DNA of 64,000 bases, from NCBI GenBank assembly GCA_965662335.1, contig CBFIGQ010000045.1, positions 1,156-65,155 of the forward strand. Direction: 5' to 3'. The stretch comes from Minisyncoccia bacterium. GTDB taxonomy: Bacteria; Patescibacteriota; Minisyncoccia; Phycocordibacterales; UBA9973. The notes beneath the pieces were generated by a model. That model was not told where the DNA came from, did not search any database, and worked only from the letters and a program-made list of their open reading frames with translations. The position numbers and the translations under genes are program-made. Below, in pieces: positions 26,818 to 37,294 of the stretch (positions are counted from its first letter, which is position 1; every line of letters begins with the position of its first letter).

Positions 26818-27288
26818 ATGATTCAATCAATAGTTGGTGATCCGACCGTAACAGGTCTCTTGCTCGCGATGCTGCTCGGTATGATACTGGGGGTGGAACG
26901 TTTCCTTGCTCACAAAACTGCAGGAATGCGCACCTACACATTTGTCTCACTTGGAGCTGCACTTTTTATTATTATCTCCCGGATAGTAGCGATCGAGTTC
27001 CCATCAACTATTGGGTATGATCATCACATTGCAGCACAGATCATTGCAGCTGCAGGATTCCTCGGCGTTGGTGCTATCTTTCATAGCAATAAGCACATCA
27101 GCGGTATCACTACCGCTTCCGGTCTCTGGGTTGCCGCAGGTATTGGTATGGCATGTGGATTTGGCTTCTATAAGCTAGCAATCATTGTGACCCTTCTTGC
27201 ACTTTTTACGTTTATTGTGATGTGGTTTCTCGAAGAGCAAATTCGCAAGCTCCCCATCACACAATCAGAAGATCAAGACCCTCTCTAG
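26818..27288 (+). CDS. MgtC/SapB family membrane protein
   Basis: ...LGMILGVERFLAHKTAGMRTY... MgtC signature. Confidence 0.7.
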   Translation: MIQSIVGDPTVTGLLLAMLLGMILGVERFLAHKTAGMRTYTFVSLGAALFIIISRIVAIEFPSTIGYDHHIAAQIIAAAGFLGVGAIFHSNKHISGITTASGLWVAAGIGMACGFGFYKLAIIVTLLALFTFIVMWFLEEQIRKLPITQSEDQDPL

Positions 27289-27312
27289 GCAGATACGCAA
27301 GCATTCGCCCCA

Positions 27313-29106
27313 TTGGGGCTTTTTTGCTATGATCGGGGGATGAAATATAAGACTGAATGGAATTTGGGGCTTTTGTACAAAAATGAGAAAGATCCACAAA
27401 TAGAGAAGGATATGCATGCCATTGAAATGGCATGTGCTTCATTTGAAAAAAAATACAGAAATAAAGATTTTACATCTAGCTCTATGAGACTATTGTCTGC
27501 ACTAAAGGACTATGAGCTTTTTTTATCACAATCTACGTATAAGCCATTATGGTACTTTGGGTTAATAAAAAGTATCCAGACTAACAATACGTATGCAGAA
27601 GGAATGGAGCTGAAATTCAATGAACGCCAACGGAACGCTTTCAATAAAGTATTATTTTTTGAGATTTCGCTGGGTAGGCTTCCTGTATTAAAACAAAAGC
27701 AATATATAAAGGATCCAAAACTTGCTCATTTTAGATACTACTTAAAAAAAGTATTTACTCGTTCTAAACATACTCTAGATGAAAAAGAAGAAAAAATCCT
27801 TTCACTGGTATCACTGCCATCAGAGAAAATGTGGCTTGATGCACAAACTAAATTGTTGAGCGCACAGCAAATAGAGTATAAGGATAAATATATTTCACTT
27901 TCTGAAGCTTCAGAGTTGTATACTTCGCTACGAGAAAAATCCGAAAGATGGCAGTTGTATCAAAAGATTATCGCTTCACGAAAAAACACGGCGTTTCTCG
28001 CGGAGGCAGAGCTGAATGCCCTCTATACGTCAAAAAAAATTTCCGACACACTACGTGGTTACAAAAGACCATATACTCAGACATTAGTTAATTATGAAAA
28101 CGATGAAAAGGAAATAGAACATCTTATTTCTGAAACAACCAGATTATATTCAATAAGTAAAAAGTTTTACGCACTTCATAAAAAATTAATTAACGACAAG
28201 AACATGACTGTGGCAGATTTGTATGTTGAATTAGGAACCTTTAAAAGGGAATTTACTTTTAATGAATCAGTATTATTAGTGAAAAATGCATTTTCAAGAT
28301 TTGATCCTAAATATGCAGATTTACTTGATACCTATTTACAAAATGGGCAGATAGATGTGTTTCCTCGAGCACATAAACAAGGCGGTGGATATTGTATAGG
28401 TCTTGGAACTTTACCAGTGTACATATTTTTGAATCACATCAATAATTTGAAGTCAGTAGAAACACTTGCACATGAAATGGGGCATGCAATTCATACCGAG
28501 CTTAGTAAGCCGCTCGATCCTCTCTATAATGAATATTCAACATCTGTCGCAGAGGTCGCGAGTATATTCTTTGAGCAGTTCGTTTCAGATGAAATATTTG
28601 AAACAGCAACAGATGATGAAAAGATCACCTTACTCCATAGCCGCATCAACAGAGATGTAATGAGCGTATTTAGGCAAGTGGCTTGCTTTAATTGTGAATT
28701 AGAACTCCATGAGCGCATACGTTCGACTGGATATGTTACAAAAGAAGAAATGGCACAGATAATGCAAAAACACCTAGCTGCATATTTAGGTCCTGCAGTA
28801 CATATAACCGAAGATGATGGTTATATATTTACCTCATGGCCTCATCTACGATTTTCTTTTTATGTGTATACGTATGCATATGGCCTTTTAGTAAGCCGAG
28901 CGCTTTATGAAAAATGGAAATTAGACAATTCCTTTAAATCAAAAGTCGAACAATTTCTTTCCGCAGGAGGGTCTATGAGTCCTAAGGATATTTTTAAAAG
29001 CATTGGTATTAGTACGGACAAATCATTCTTTGAAGCCGGGTTAAAAGCAATCGAAGCTGACATACAGCGACTAGAAAAACTAGCTAAAAAGCAGAAGCTT
29101 ATATAA
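27313..29106 (+). CDS. pepF: oligoendopeptidase F (M3B)
   Basis: HEMGHAIH HExxH zinc motif in an ~600-aa M3-family context. Confidence 0.8.
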   Translation: MGLFCYDRGMKYKTEWNLGLLYKNEKDPQIEKDMHAIEMACASFEKKYRNKDFTSSSMRLLSALKDYELFLSQSTYKPLWYFGLIKSIQTNNTYAEGMELKFNERQRNAFNKVLFFEISLGRLPVLKQKQYIKDPKLAHFRYYLKKVFTRSKHTLDEKEEKILSLVSLPSEKMWLDAQTKLLSAQQIEYKDKYISLSEASELYTSLREKSERWQLYQKIIASRKNTAFLAEAELNALYTSKKISDTLRGYKRPYTQTLVNYENDEKEIEHLISETTRLYSISKKFYALHKKLINDKNMTVADLYVELGTFKREFTFNESVLLVKNAFSRFDPKYADLLDTYLQNGQIDVFPRAHKQGGGYCIGLGTLPVYIFLNHINNLKSVETLAHEMGHAIHTELSKPLDPLYNEYSTSVAEVASIFFEQFVSDEIFETATDDEKITLLHSRINRDVMSVFRQVACFNCELELHERIRSTGYVTKEEMAQIMQKHLAAYLGPAVHITEDDGYIFTSWPHLRFSFYVYTYAYGLLVSRALYEKWKLDNSFKSKVEQFLSAGGSMSPKDIFKSIGISTDKSFFEAGLKAIEADIQRLEKLAKKQKLI

Positions 29107-29312
29107 TTTGCAAAAAAGAGATTTGCGTATATAGTCTGAAAAAAAGAATATGAACACACATAGATTTGCTGTTTTCTTTACCGGAGTTGCTAGTTTCAAT
29201 CAATGGATATTTGTACTATCCCTGGTCATACTTGCTCGTATCTGTACATCATCCAGCGATGAACAATATAGTTGCAAAAAATAATAGAAGGTTATAGAGT
29301 TATTAAAAAATA

Positions 29313-29447
29313 ATGCTTATGACACTCGTTAAAAGATTTCAGACTGAAACTGAATCCACTGAACCAATCTTTGGTAAAGGAATGAAAATAGCCATCATTT
29401 TGACTATCATTATCGCACTTGCGGTATTTAGTACTGCATTTATTTAA
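29313..29447 (+). CDS. small hydrophobic ORF (44 aa) in the alaS leader
   Basis: Manual translation MLMTLVKRFQTETESTEPIFGKGMKIAIILTIIIALAVFSTAFI. Followed by a terminator. Below the track size cut-off. Confidence 0.25.
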   Translation: MLMTLVKRFQTETESTEPIFGKGMKIAIILTIIIALAVFSTAFI

Positions 29448-29460
29448 ATCTGCTAAAAGA

Positions 29461-29485
29461 GTCGGCACGTGCCGGCTTTTTTTAT
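29461..29485 (+). terminator. rho-independent terminator (gtcggcac/gtgccggc + T8)
   Basis: Read directly. Sits between the small ORF and alaS. Confidence 0.6.
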
Positions 29486-29511
29486 TACCTATTTTTTGCT
29501 ACAGTACCCCC

Positions 29512-31251
29512 ATGACTTCAGCAGAAATCAGACAGCGATTTTTGGACTTTTTTGCAAAACGTGGACACGCCATTCTCCCTAGCGCTTCTCTGGTACCAAA
29601 AAATGACCCTTCAGTACTCTTTAATACTGCGGGTATGCAGCCACTTGTACCATACCTCCTCGGTGAGCCGCATCCGCTTGGAAGGCGTCTTGCAAGCTGT
29701 CAGAAATGCGTGCGCACTGGAGATATTGAAGAAGTGGGCAATCACAAGAACCTTACTTTTTTTGAAATGCTTGGCAACTGGTCGCTCGGGGATTATTTCA
29801 AGGAGGAAGCGATACAGTGGAGCTATGAATTTCTCACCTCAAAAGAAGAAGGGCTTGGACTGGACCCTACACGTCTCTATGTGACCGTATTTGAAGGTGA
29901 TGCTGATGCGCCGCGCGATATGGAGGCGGTAGAGATCTGGAAGCAGTATGTTCCAGAGAACCGCATTTACTTTCTTCCAAAGAAAAATAACTGGTGGAGT
30001 GCGGGTGACAATGGTCCGTGCGGACCTGACACTGAAATGTTTTATGATGTGACGGAGTCCGGACTTGGAGACCTCTCGCATGAGGAGTACATGGCAGCAG
30101 ATGATGAGGGGCGAGTGGTGGAGATCTGGAACGATGTCTTTATGCAGTATCTGTCAAAGGGCGGGAAAGTAGTCGGGCAGCTTCCCCAAAAAAATATCGA
30201 TACTGGTAGCGGGCTTGAACGTATCGCAATGATCGTCCAAGGCAAGTCCAACGTCTATGAAGCAGACATATTTGCACCGGTAATGGCAAAAATCGAAGAG
30301 TATGCAGAAAAATACGATGAGCGTGGCGCGCGTATTGTTGCAGACCATACTCGCAGTGCGGTATTTTTGATTGCTGACGGGGTGTTGCCGGGCAATAAGG
30401 ACCAAGGATACATACTTCGCAGACTTATTCGCCGAGCAGTAATGCAGGCAAAAAAGCTTGGACTCTCAACTCATTTTCTAGGAGGTATCGCAGCTCTATT
30501 TGGAGAGTTGTACAAGGATGCGTATCCAGAAGTCGTTGCGGTAGACATTGAACGAGCGATCAATCAAGAAGAAGATAAATTTTCTAAAACCCTTGATGCG
30601 GGGTTAAAAGAATTTACCAAAGGAACTGATCCGTTTATATTGGCTACAACGTACGGATTTCCGGTTGAGTTAACCGAAGAGCTCGCAGCAGAACAGGGAA
30701 CTGTCATCGATAGGGCAGCGTTTGACGCTCAAATGAAGGCACACCAGAGTGCATCACGCGCGGGTGCTGAACAAAAGTTCAAAGGCGGCCTTGCTAACAC
30801 GAGCGAGATGACGACAAAGCTTCACACTGCACACCACTTGCTACTCAAGGCGCTCCAAGAAGTAGTAAGTCCAGACATTCACCAAAAAGGTTCAAATATT
30901 ACCGAAGAACGCCTCCGTATTGATTTTAATTTTGATCGAAAACTTACCCCTGAGGAAATAGCTGCAGTTGAAAGTCTTGTGAACGAGAAAATTAAAGAAG
31001 ACCTTACCGTCACAAAGCGTGAAATGCCTCGAGCTGAGGCAGAAGCTCTCGGTGCTGAGATGGAGTTTGGTACCAAGTACCCAGACATTGTGAGTGTCTA
31101 CATGATCCATGATGCTGCTGACAATATTTTCTCAAAGGAATTTTGTGGCGGACCACACGTAGAACATACAGGAGTACTAGGAACATTTAAAATTCAAAAA
31201 GAAGAAGCATCAAGCGCGGGAGTGAGACGTATCAAGGCCACACTTTTGTAA
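29512..31251 (+). CDS. alaS: alanine--tRNA ligase, short form without C-Ala domain
   Basis: Catalytic-domain motifs (...FNTAGMQP..., WGGP-like), editing-domain HxxxH (HTAHHLL) and CGGPH. About 580 aa from MTSAEIRQRF. The track's N-terminal extension is rejected. Confidence 0.85.
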   Translation: MTSAEIRQRFLDFFAKRGHAILPSASLVPKNDPSVLFNTAGMQPLVPYLLGEPHPLGRRLASCQKCVRTGDIEEVGNHKNLTFFEMLGNWSLGDYFKEEAIQWSYEFLTSKEEGLGLDPTRLYVTVFEGDADAPRDMEAVEIWKQYVPENRIYFLPKKNNWWSAGDNGPCGPDTEMFYDVTESGLGDLSHEEYMAADDEGRVVEIWNDVFMQYLSKGGKVVGQLPQKNIDTGSGLERIAMIVQGKSNVYEADIFAPVMAKIEEYAEKYDERGARIVADHTRSAVFLIADGVLPGNKDQGYILRRLIRRAVMQAKKLGLSTHFLGGIAALFGELYKDAYPEVVAVDIERAINQEEDKFSKTLDAGLKEFTKGTDPFILATTYGFPVELTEELAAEQGTVIDRAAFDAQMKAHQSASRAGAEQKFKGGLANTSEMTTKLHTAHHLLLKALQEVVSPDIHQKGSNITEERLRIDFNFDRKLTPEEIAAVESLVNEKIKEDLTVTKREMPRAEAEALGAEMEFGTKYPDIVSVYMIHDAADNIFSKEFCGGPHVEHTGVLGTFKIQKEEASSAGVRRIKATLL

Positions 31252-31293
31252 TGTGCTGTGTGCAAACAACCATTTGGTTGATATACTATACGC

Positions 31294-32436
31294 ATGAAGC
31301 ACAATGCAGAAGTATTTGCTGTCTATGACATTAGTTCAAGCTCAGTTGCTGGAGCACATGTTCTATTTGAGAACAATCAAACACATTTTTTAGCAAGTCA
31401 TAGACTACTCACCCCACTCCAAGAAGACATCACGATGGAGCGCTTTGTCACTGAAACCATCTCTTCACTTTCACAGACTACGACACACATTAGAAATAAC
31501 GATGTGCACCATCCTACGTTTATTCAAGTAACGCTCGCCTCTCCATGGTACTCATCGCAGACTCGAACTATTTCCTATACCAAAAAAACTCCCTTTGTAT
31601 GTACAAAAAAGCTTGTTGAGGACCTGGTACGTTCCGAAATAACTCATATCCTTACCAAGGAGAGCGGTGTATTTGGTGCATATGGCAAGGAGTCTATCAT
31701 TATAGAAAAGCAGCTTGCTTCTTTCATTCTCAACGGGTACCACACTACTGACCCGTATAAGAAAAAAACAACTACACTTGAGTTCTCTCTCACTGTTACG
31801 AGTGCACCAAAAGATATTCTCACGAGATTTAGTGAGGTACTACAGCGTGCGTACGGGGCACGCGATATCAGGTATACGACAAGTTGCTGGACGACTCATG
31901 TCGTGATGCGGGATCGTATCAAAGAAGAAGGGTCGTGCATGATTGTAGATATTGGAGAAGAAATATCTGATGTCGGCATCGTGAAAAATGGCTCATTTAC
32001 CTCTCACCATTCATTTCCAGTCGGTACGTATGGGTTGTATAGGGCACTTTCAGGTCGTTCACGCAACACTGCACGTGAATCCATGACCCATCTTGAGTCT
32101 TACCGGCTCGGCAAGCTTTCCCAGGCGGCGTCAAAATCCGTCGAAACTGCGATTCATTCTTACGCAACTCATTGGCAGTCATGGTTTGACCAAGTGCTTG
32201 AAACAACTACAGGGGTACTGCCGCATACGATATGTATTACTGCGGATTCTCGGTTTGAACAAATATTTACTACCACAGTCGCGCAGGATCCGCTTGTACT
32301 CTCAGGATCAGTTGAATCACCGCGAGTGCTCTTTATGAAGCCGTCACTGATTTTGGGCGTTCACACCGACCAGAGTATAGATGTACCGCTACTCGTAGCT
32401 GCACAATTTGCAGTTCATCCCGTATACTATTTATGA
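31294..32436 (+). CDS. actin-like ATPase fold protein (PilM/FtsA-like)
   Basis: Phosphate-1-like AVYDISSSSVA and phosphate-2-like IVDIGEEISDVGIV. Confidence 0.4.
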   Translation: MKHNAEVFAVYDISSSSVAGAHVLFENNQTHFLASHRLLTPLQEDITMERFVTETISSLSQTTTHIRNNDVHHPTFIQVTLASPWYSSQTRTISYTKKTPFVCTKKLVEDLVRSEITHILTKESGVFGAYGKESIIIEKQLASFILNGYHTTDPYKKKTTTLEFSLTVTSAPKDILTRFSEVLQRAYGARDIRYTTSCWTTHVVMRDRIKEEGSCMIVDIGEEISDVGIVKNGSFTSHHSFPVGTYGLYRALSGRSRNTARESMTHLESYRLGKLSQAASKSVETAIHSYATHWQSWFDQVLETTTGVLPHTICITADSRFEQIFTTTVAQDPLVLSGSVESPRVLFMKPSLILGVHTDQSIDVPLLVAAQFAVHPVYYL

Positions 32437-33671
32437 TGAAGTTGTATGATGTCATTCGAAAGGAGAAAATGGAGAAGGAAGGAGATGTAGTACAAGAATC
32501 TCCCGCTTCAACATACACCTACAGCCCCAGACCTGGCTCTCGCTGGAAAAGCATCCTTGTCGTTGGTATTGGTGCGCTATTTTTAGTTATGCTCTATGTA
32601 GTAGGGATGAAAGTTGTGCATGCAAAAGTGGTCGTTACTGAGAAAAGAATTCCATTTACCTTAAACGGGGTCGAGCTCGAACTCACGCATGAAGAAGAAG
32701 CGGGGGAAGGAAGGCTTGCCTACCAGACCATGCTTGTCCCGGGAGAAGTGTCACGGCAAGTATTTGGTTCAGAGGTCTCCTCAAGCACGAGTAATGCTCA
32801 CGGTTCTGTTGTCTTTTTCAATGAATACAGCACCAAAGCTCAAACTATTAAAAAGGGAACAACACTCACCAGTAAGGAAGGTAAAAAGTACACGACTGGA
32901 GCACAGGTAAGTGTGCCTGGATACACAACAAAAAGCGGCAAGAAAGTACCAGGAACATCTACTACAGTATCTATAACTGCAGCGGCAAGCGGACCTTCAT
33001 ACAACTCAAGTGGAACAACGTTTACAGTCTCAGGGTATTCCAAGACTCTCTACGCACAGTCATCAGGCGCGATTACTGGAGGGGACGACGGCGCTGCGCA
33101 CAGTGTCGCGGAAAAGGATAGAGCAGATGTCATTGCCAACCTCCAGGCGCAGCTCGTAGAACGTCTCAAGCGAGAAACCCGTGCCCAGATCCCGTCCCAG
33201 CTTATTACCTTCCCAGATCTTCAGGTTACAAACATCGATACGAGCTCTACACAACTCAAAGGTACAACGATCAAATTCCCCGCTACAATGAAGGGTTCGA
33301 TGACTACGTACCTCATTGACCGGGACCTACTCGAAGCCGCAATAGCAAGACAGGCACTGTATGACAAGACATATACTGATGTGTCGATTCCAAACCTTGC
33401 AGATATTGTAGTTGAGCCAGTGAGCGCTCTACCGAGTGACCCTGAGTCTGCTCCAGAGACAATACGAGTAAAGGTCTCAGGTCAAGGTACTATCATTGCA
33501 AAGGCTCCGCTTATTCACATAAAAGAATCGCTCCTCGGGGCTAAAAAATCCACCTTTGCAAACCTTCTCAGCACGATACCCGAAGTCGATAGTGCCGAGT
33601 ACCATTTTTATCCATTCTGGGCACCATTTTTCCCCTCAAAGGAGAGCCGTATCACGATTGAATCCAAATAG
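32433..33671 (+). CDS. hypothetical membrane-anchored protein with Thr/Ser/Gly-rich region
   Basis: Single N-terminal TM. Overlaps the upstream gene stop. Confidence 0.35.
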   Translation: MMKLYDVIRKEKMEKEGDVVQESPASTYTYSPRPGSRWKSILVVGIGALFLVMLYVVGMKVVHAKVVVTEKRIPFTLNGVELELTHEEEAGEGRLAYQTMLVPGEVSRQVFGSEVSSSTSNAHGSVVFFNEYSTKAQTIKKGTTLTSKEGKKYTTGAQVSVPGYTTKSGKKVPGTSTTVSITAAASGPSYNSSGTTFTVSGYSKTLYAQSSGAITGGDDGAAHSVAEKDRADVIANLQAQLVERLKRETRAQIPSQLITFPDLQVTNIDTSSTQLKGTTIKFPATMKGSMTTYLIDRDLLEAAIARQALYDKTYTDVSIPNLADIVVEPVSALPSDPESAPETIRVKVSGQGTIIAKAPLIHIKESLLGAKKSTFANLLSTIPEVDSAEYHFYPFWAPFFPSKESRITIESK

Positions 33672-33714
33672 TTGACCCGTCTGTAACTCTATAGTATATT
33701 TAAATCCTTACTAC

Positions 33715-33924
33715 ATGCCGACACCAACAGAAGCAATTAAAGGGGTTATAAGCGAAGCTCTACCAAATACAATGTTCCGAGTACAGCTTGAAAATAACCA
33801 AGAGATTATTGCGTATTTGGCAGGCAAAATGAGACTGCACCGTATCAAGGTACTGGTCGGAGACTCAGTAGAGGTCGTCATAGACCCGTACGGTGGAAAA
33901 GGACGTATTGTCAGACGCGGATAA
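33715..33924 (+). CDS. infA: translation initiation factor IF-1
   Basis: S1-like 69-aa protein ...[18 protein letters not shown]... Confidence 0.9.
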   Translation: MPTPTEAIKGVISEALPNTMFRVQLENNQEIIAYLAGKMRLHRIKVLVGDSVEVVIDPYGGKGRIVRRG

Positions 33925-33974
33925 GTAGTGTATACTCTCCCGGCTACCAATTTTTGTACGCAAATCAATTTTTT

Positions 33975-34085
33975 ATGAAAATCAGATCAACAGTCAAAAA
34001 GATGTGTGACAAATGCAAGATTGTAAAGCGCAATCGCCATTTGCACGTGATCTGTGATAACCCAAAACACAAGCAAAAGCAATAA
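33975..34085 (+). CDS. rpmJ: 50S ribosomal protein L36
   Basis: Manual translation [36 protein letters not shown] (zinc ribbon C..C..C..H). Below the track size cut-off. Confidence 0.85.
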   Translation: MKIRSTVKKMCDKCKIVKRNRHLHVICDNPKHKQKQ

Positions 34086-34088
34086 TCT

Positions 34089-34469
34089 ATGCGTATCCTC
34101 GGTATTACTATCCCAAATGAAAAGCGTCTAGACATTGGTCTGACTACTCTGTACGGTATTGGTCTTTCTACTGCTACCAAAATCCTCAAGGAAGTAAATG
34201 TTGATCCAAGCCTTAAGGCAAAGGATATTTCAATTGACCAAGAAAACGATATCCGCAAACTCATCGAAGAGCGCACTATAGAAGGCAACCTCAAGCGTGA
34301 AATTGCCGGCAATATCAAACGACTCAAGGATATCAAGGCATATCGTGGCGTTCGTCACATGCGCCGATTACCAGTAAATGGACAGCGCACCAAAACCAAC
34401 TCTCGTACCGTTCGGGGAAATGTTCGAAACACAATGGGAAGTGGTCGTCGTAAGGAAAGTAAGACATAG
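34089..34469 (+). CDS. rpsM: 30S ribosomal protein S13
   Basis: MRILGITIPNEKRL... conserved S13 N-terminus. Confidence 0.9.
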   Translation: MRILGITIPNEKRLDIGLTTLYGIGLSTATKILKEVNVDPSLKAKDISIDQENDIRKLIEERTIEGNLKREIAGNIKRLKDIKAYRGVRHMRRLPVNGQRTKTNSRTVRGNVRNTMGSGRRKESKT

Positions 34470-34477
34470 TCAATAAT

Positions 34478-34912
34478 ATGGGAAAAAAACGCATCATAAC
34501 TCAAGAAGGACAACTCGTAGACCAAGAAAAGCGCGGCCGTGCAGTTGCTCGTACTACCAAAAAGAAGCTCACCACAGCTATGCTTTCTATCGAAGCGACC
34601 TTTAATAACACAAAAGCAGTTGTTTCGGACCTCAAAGGGAATGCACTCTTTTGGTCTTCATCTGGCTCACTCGGCTTTAAAGGTGCTAAAAAGGGCACCC
34701 CATTCGCAGCATCAAAGGTTGGCGAAGTACTTGCTGAAAAGGCAACTACCGCAGGTATCAAAGAAGTGGTAGCGATTGTAAAGGGGGTAGGAAGCGGTCG
34801 AGAGCCACTTATCCGTGCATTCATTGGCACAGGTATTGAACTTTTGTCAGTAAAGGATCGAACCCCAGTACCACACAACGGTCCAAAAGCTAAGAAACCA
34901 CGACGAGTATAA
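34478..34912 (+). CDS. rpsK: 30S ribosomal protein S11
   Basis: Conserved S11 core. Confidence 0.9.
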   Translation: MGKKRIITQEGQLVDQEKRGRAVARTTKKKLTTAMLSIEATFNNTKAVVSDLKGNALFWSSSGSLGFKGAKKGTPFAASKVGEVLAEKATTAGIKEVVAIVKGVGSGREPLIRAFIGTGIELLSVKDRTPVPHNGPKAKKPRRV

Positions 34913-34916
34913 CCAT

Positions 34917-35519
34917 ATGAAACTAGGAGCAAAATACAAAATGTGTCGACGATTGGGATCAGGAGTGTTTGAAAAGTGTCAAACACAAAAGTACACTCAG
35001 TCAGAAACCAAAAAAGCAAAGACAGGAAAGCGCCCAAAGCAGCTCTCTGACTACGGCCGTCAACTTATCGAAAAGCAGAAAGTTCGTTTTTCGTATGGTA
35101 TTAGTGAGAAACAGCTCTCAAACTACGTTGAAAAGGCGGGTACTACCAAGGGTATGCCGGTAACTGACAAGCTATTTGAGCTCCTTGAGTCTCGCCTTGA
35201 TAACGTTGTCTATCGTCTCGGATTTGCGCCGACACGGCGTATGGCACGTCAGCTTGTCTCCCATGGTCACTTTACTGTTAATGGCACCAAAGTAACCATC
35301 CCATCTCTTGCGGTGCGTGTTGGAGATGTGATAGCCGTTCGCGAGGGGTCACGCAAGAGTGTCGTATTCGCGGAAATGAATAAGAAAACTGAAACACATA
35401 CATGGCCAAACTGGCTCAAATTTACACCTGCAGCACTTTCTGCGGAGGTGGCCGCAAAGCCAAAAAATGATGAGCAATTTTTGCAGCTGGACACCGTGCT
35501 TGAGTTCTATAGTCGTTAA
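34917..35519 (+). CDS. rpsD: 30S ribosomal protein S4
   Basis: S4 domain plus N-terminal zinc-finger-like C..C. Confidence 0.9.
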   Translation: MKLGAKYKMCRRLGSGVFEKCQTQKYTQSETKKAKTGKRPKQLSDYGRQLIEKQKVRFSYGISEKQLSNYVEKAGTTKGMPVTDKLFELLESRLDNVVYRLGFAPTRRMARQLVSHGHFTVNGTKVTIPSLAVRVGDVIAVREGSRKSVVFAEMNKKTETHTWPNWLKFTPAALSAEVAAKPKNDEQFLQLDTVLEFYSR

Positions 35520-35531
35520 TAGGACACAAAC

Positions 35532-36563
35532 TTGGAGTTTTTACAAATTAATGGTACAATAACTTTCCATATGAACAACATTATGCTTCCATCAAAACCA
35601 AAGGCAACGTTCGAAGAGGGCAACAAAGGCGTATTTGAAATCGACGGTCTTGTTCCAGGATACGGCTATACGCTCGGTAACTCACTTCGTCGCATTATTC
35701 TTTCTTCTCTAACCGGTGCTGCAGTTACCGCAGTTAAAATTGATGGAGTAAGTCATGAGTTTGCAACAATGGATGGCATTAAAGAGGATGTCATCACCAT
35801 GCTTCTCAATCTCAAAAATGTTCGATTTTCTAGCACTTCTGACGAAGCACAAACTATTTCATTTTCTGTAAAGGGTCCAAAGGTTGTCACCGCTGCTGAT
35901 ATTGGCGCAAAGGGGGTAGTTACTGTTGCAAATCCTGATCAGTATATTTGCGAAATTACCGGAAAAACAACACTTTCAGTAGAACTCACTATTGAAAAGG
36001 GGCTTGGATACGTACCACGTGAGGCGCACCACAAACAAATGGCTGATATCGGTACTATTTTCCTCGATGCAGTATTTTCTCCAATTCGTCGCGTATCATA
36101 CGATGTCGAAGAGATGCGTGTTGGCGACAAGACAAACTTCAACCGACTTCGCATGACTATTGAAACTGATGGCACTCTTTCACCACGAGAGGCGCTTGAG
36201 CAGTCAGTACGCGTCATGATCGAGCAGCTTGCTGCTGTGGTATCTATTGATGCAGGTATGGCAATAAGTGATGTACAGGCTCGTATGGAAGCACCAGCAC
36301 GGTCTTTAGAAGCGGAGGATTCAAATGAAGAAATGGATGGTGATACCAATGTAGACGTGACCGATGTTCTCAAAAACCGTATTGATGCAATAGGTCTCTC
36401 TACACGCACGCTCAACGCTCTCACTGCAGCAAATATCCGCACAGTCGGCGGTATAGCTCGCAAGCACGTATCAGACCTTCTTGAAATAGACGGTATCGGC
36501 GACAAAGGTATTACTGAGATCCGCGAAGCACTTGCAGCCTTTGACTTGTCTTTGAAGGAGTAA
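35532..36563 (+). CDS. rpoA: DNA-directed RNA polymerase alpha subunit
   Basis: N-terminal dimerisation domain and C-terminal alphaCTD (...GLSTRTLNAL...). Confidence 0.9.
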   Translation: MEFLQINGTITFHMNNIMLPSKPKATFEEGNKGVFEIDGLVPGYGYTLGNSLRRIILSSLTGAAVTAVKIDGVSHEFATMDGIKEDVITMLLNLKNVRFSSTSDEAQTISFSVKGPKVVTAADIGAKGVVTVANPDQYICEITGKTTLSVELTIEKGLGYVPREAHHKQMADIGTIFLDAVFSPIRRVSYDVEEMRVGDKTNFNRLRMTIETDGTLSPREALEQSVRVMIEQLAAVVSIDAGMAISDVQARMEAPARSLEAEDSNEEMDGDTNVDVTDVLKNRIDAIGLSTRTLNALTAANIRTVGGIARKHVSDLLEIDGIGDKGITEIREALAAFDLSLKE

Positions 36564-36586
36564 TACTGTATAACACTTGTACTTAT

Positions 36587-36943
36587 ATGCGACACCACAA
36601 CAATGTACGAAAATTTGGAAGAGAGAAGAACGGCCGTATCGCACTTATGCGCGGACTTGTTGCATCTCTTATTGCTCATGGCAAAATCCTTACAACCGAA
36701 GCTAAGGCAAAAGAAATTCGTCCAAAAGTTGAAAAAATGGTGACTCGCGCAAAAAACCCTACCCTTGCTAACCGCCGTGTACTTCTCTCGGGTCTGTATA
36801 ACAACGAATCAGTTGTCTCAAAGCTTATTGATGACATTGCGCCAAAGTACACAGAGCGCCCAGGTGGCTATACACGCATTACCAAGCTCGTGCAACGCAA
36901 GAGTGATGGTTCTCCTATGGCAGTAATCGAATTTGTTAAATAA
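36587..36943 (+). CDS. rplQ: 50S ribosomal protein L17
   Basis: MRHHNNVRKFGR... conserved L17 start. Confidence 0.9.
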   Translation: MRHHNNVRKFGREKNGRIALMRGLVASLIAHGKILTTEAKAKEIRPKVEKMVTRAKNPTLANRRVLLSGLYNNESVVSKLIDDIAPKYTERPGGYTRITKLVQRKSDGSPMAVIEFVK

Positions 36944-36948
36944 TTTTT

Positions 36949-37293
36949 ATGAACTACACTATCGACGCAACAAATAAATCACTCGGACGCCTTGCTTCAG
37001 AAGTAGCAAGCATTCTCATGGGTAAAAATGATGCTTCATTCGTACGAAATGCAGTATCAGGCAATACAGTAACTGTGACCAATGCTTCAAAGCTCAAGCA
37101 AGATCCTCGCAAACTCGATACCAAAGTATACAAGAGCTTTTCTGGGTATCCAGGAGGACTCAAGCTCTCAAGCATGGAGCATGTCTCAAAGCAAAAAGGC
37201 TGGAGCTTCATAGTATCGAATGCCGTAAAAGGAATGCTTCCTGACAATAAGCTCAAGAAGGATATGATGAAGAATTTAACGATCACCGAATAA
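36949..37293 (+). CDS. rplM: 50S ribosomal protein L13 (short)
   Basis: L13 core. 114 aa. Confidence 0.8.
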   Translation: MNYTIDATNKSLGRLASEVASILMGKNDASFVRNAVSGNTVTVTNASKLKQDPRKLDTKVYKSFSGYPGGLKLSSMEHVSKQKGWSFIVSNAVKGMLPDNKLKKDMMKNLTITE

Positions 37294-37294
37294 T

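Noticed and set aside
29419-29511. N-terminal extension of alaS in the track ORF (MRYLVLHLFKS...)
   Set aside because: The extension overlaps the terminator hairpin at 29461-29485. The conserved AlaRS N-terminus begins at Met 29512.
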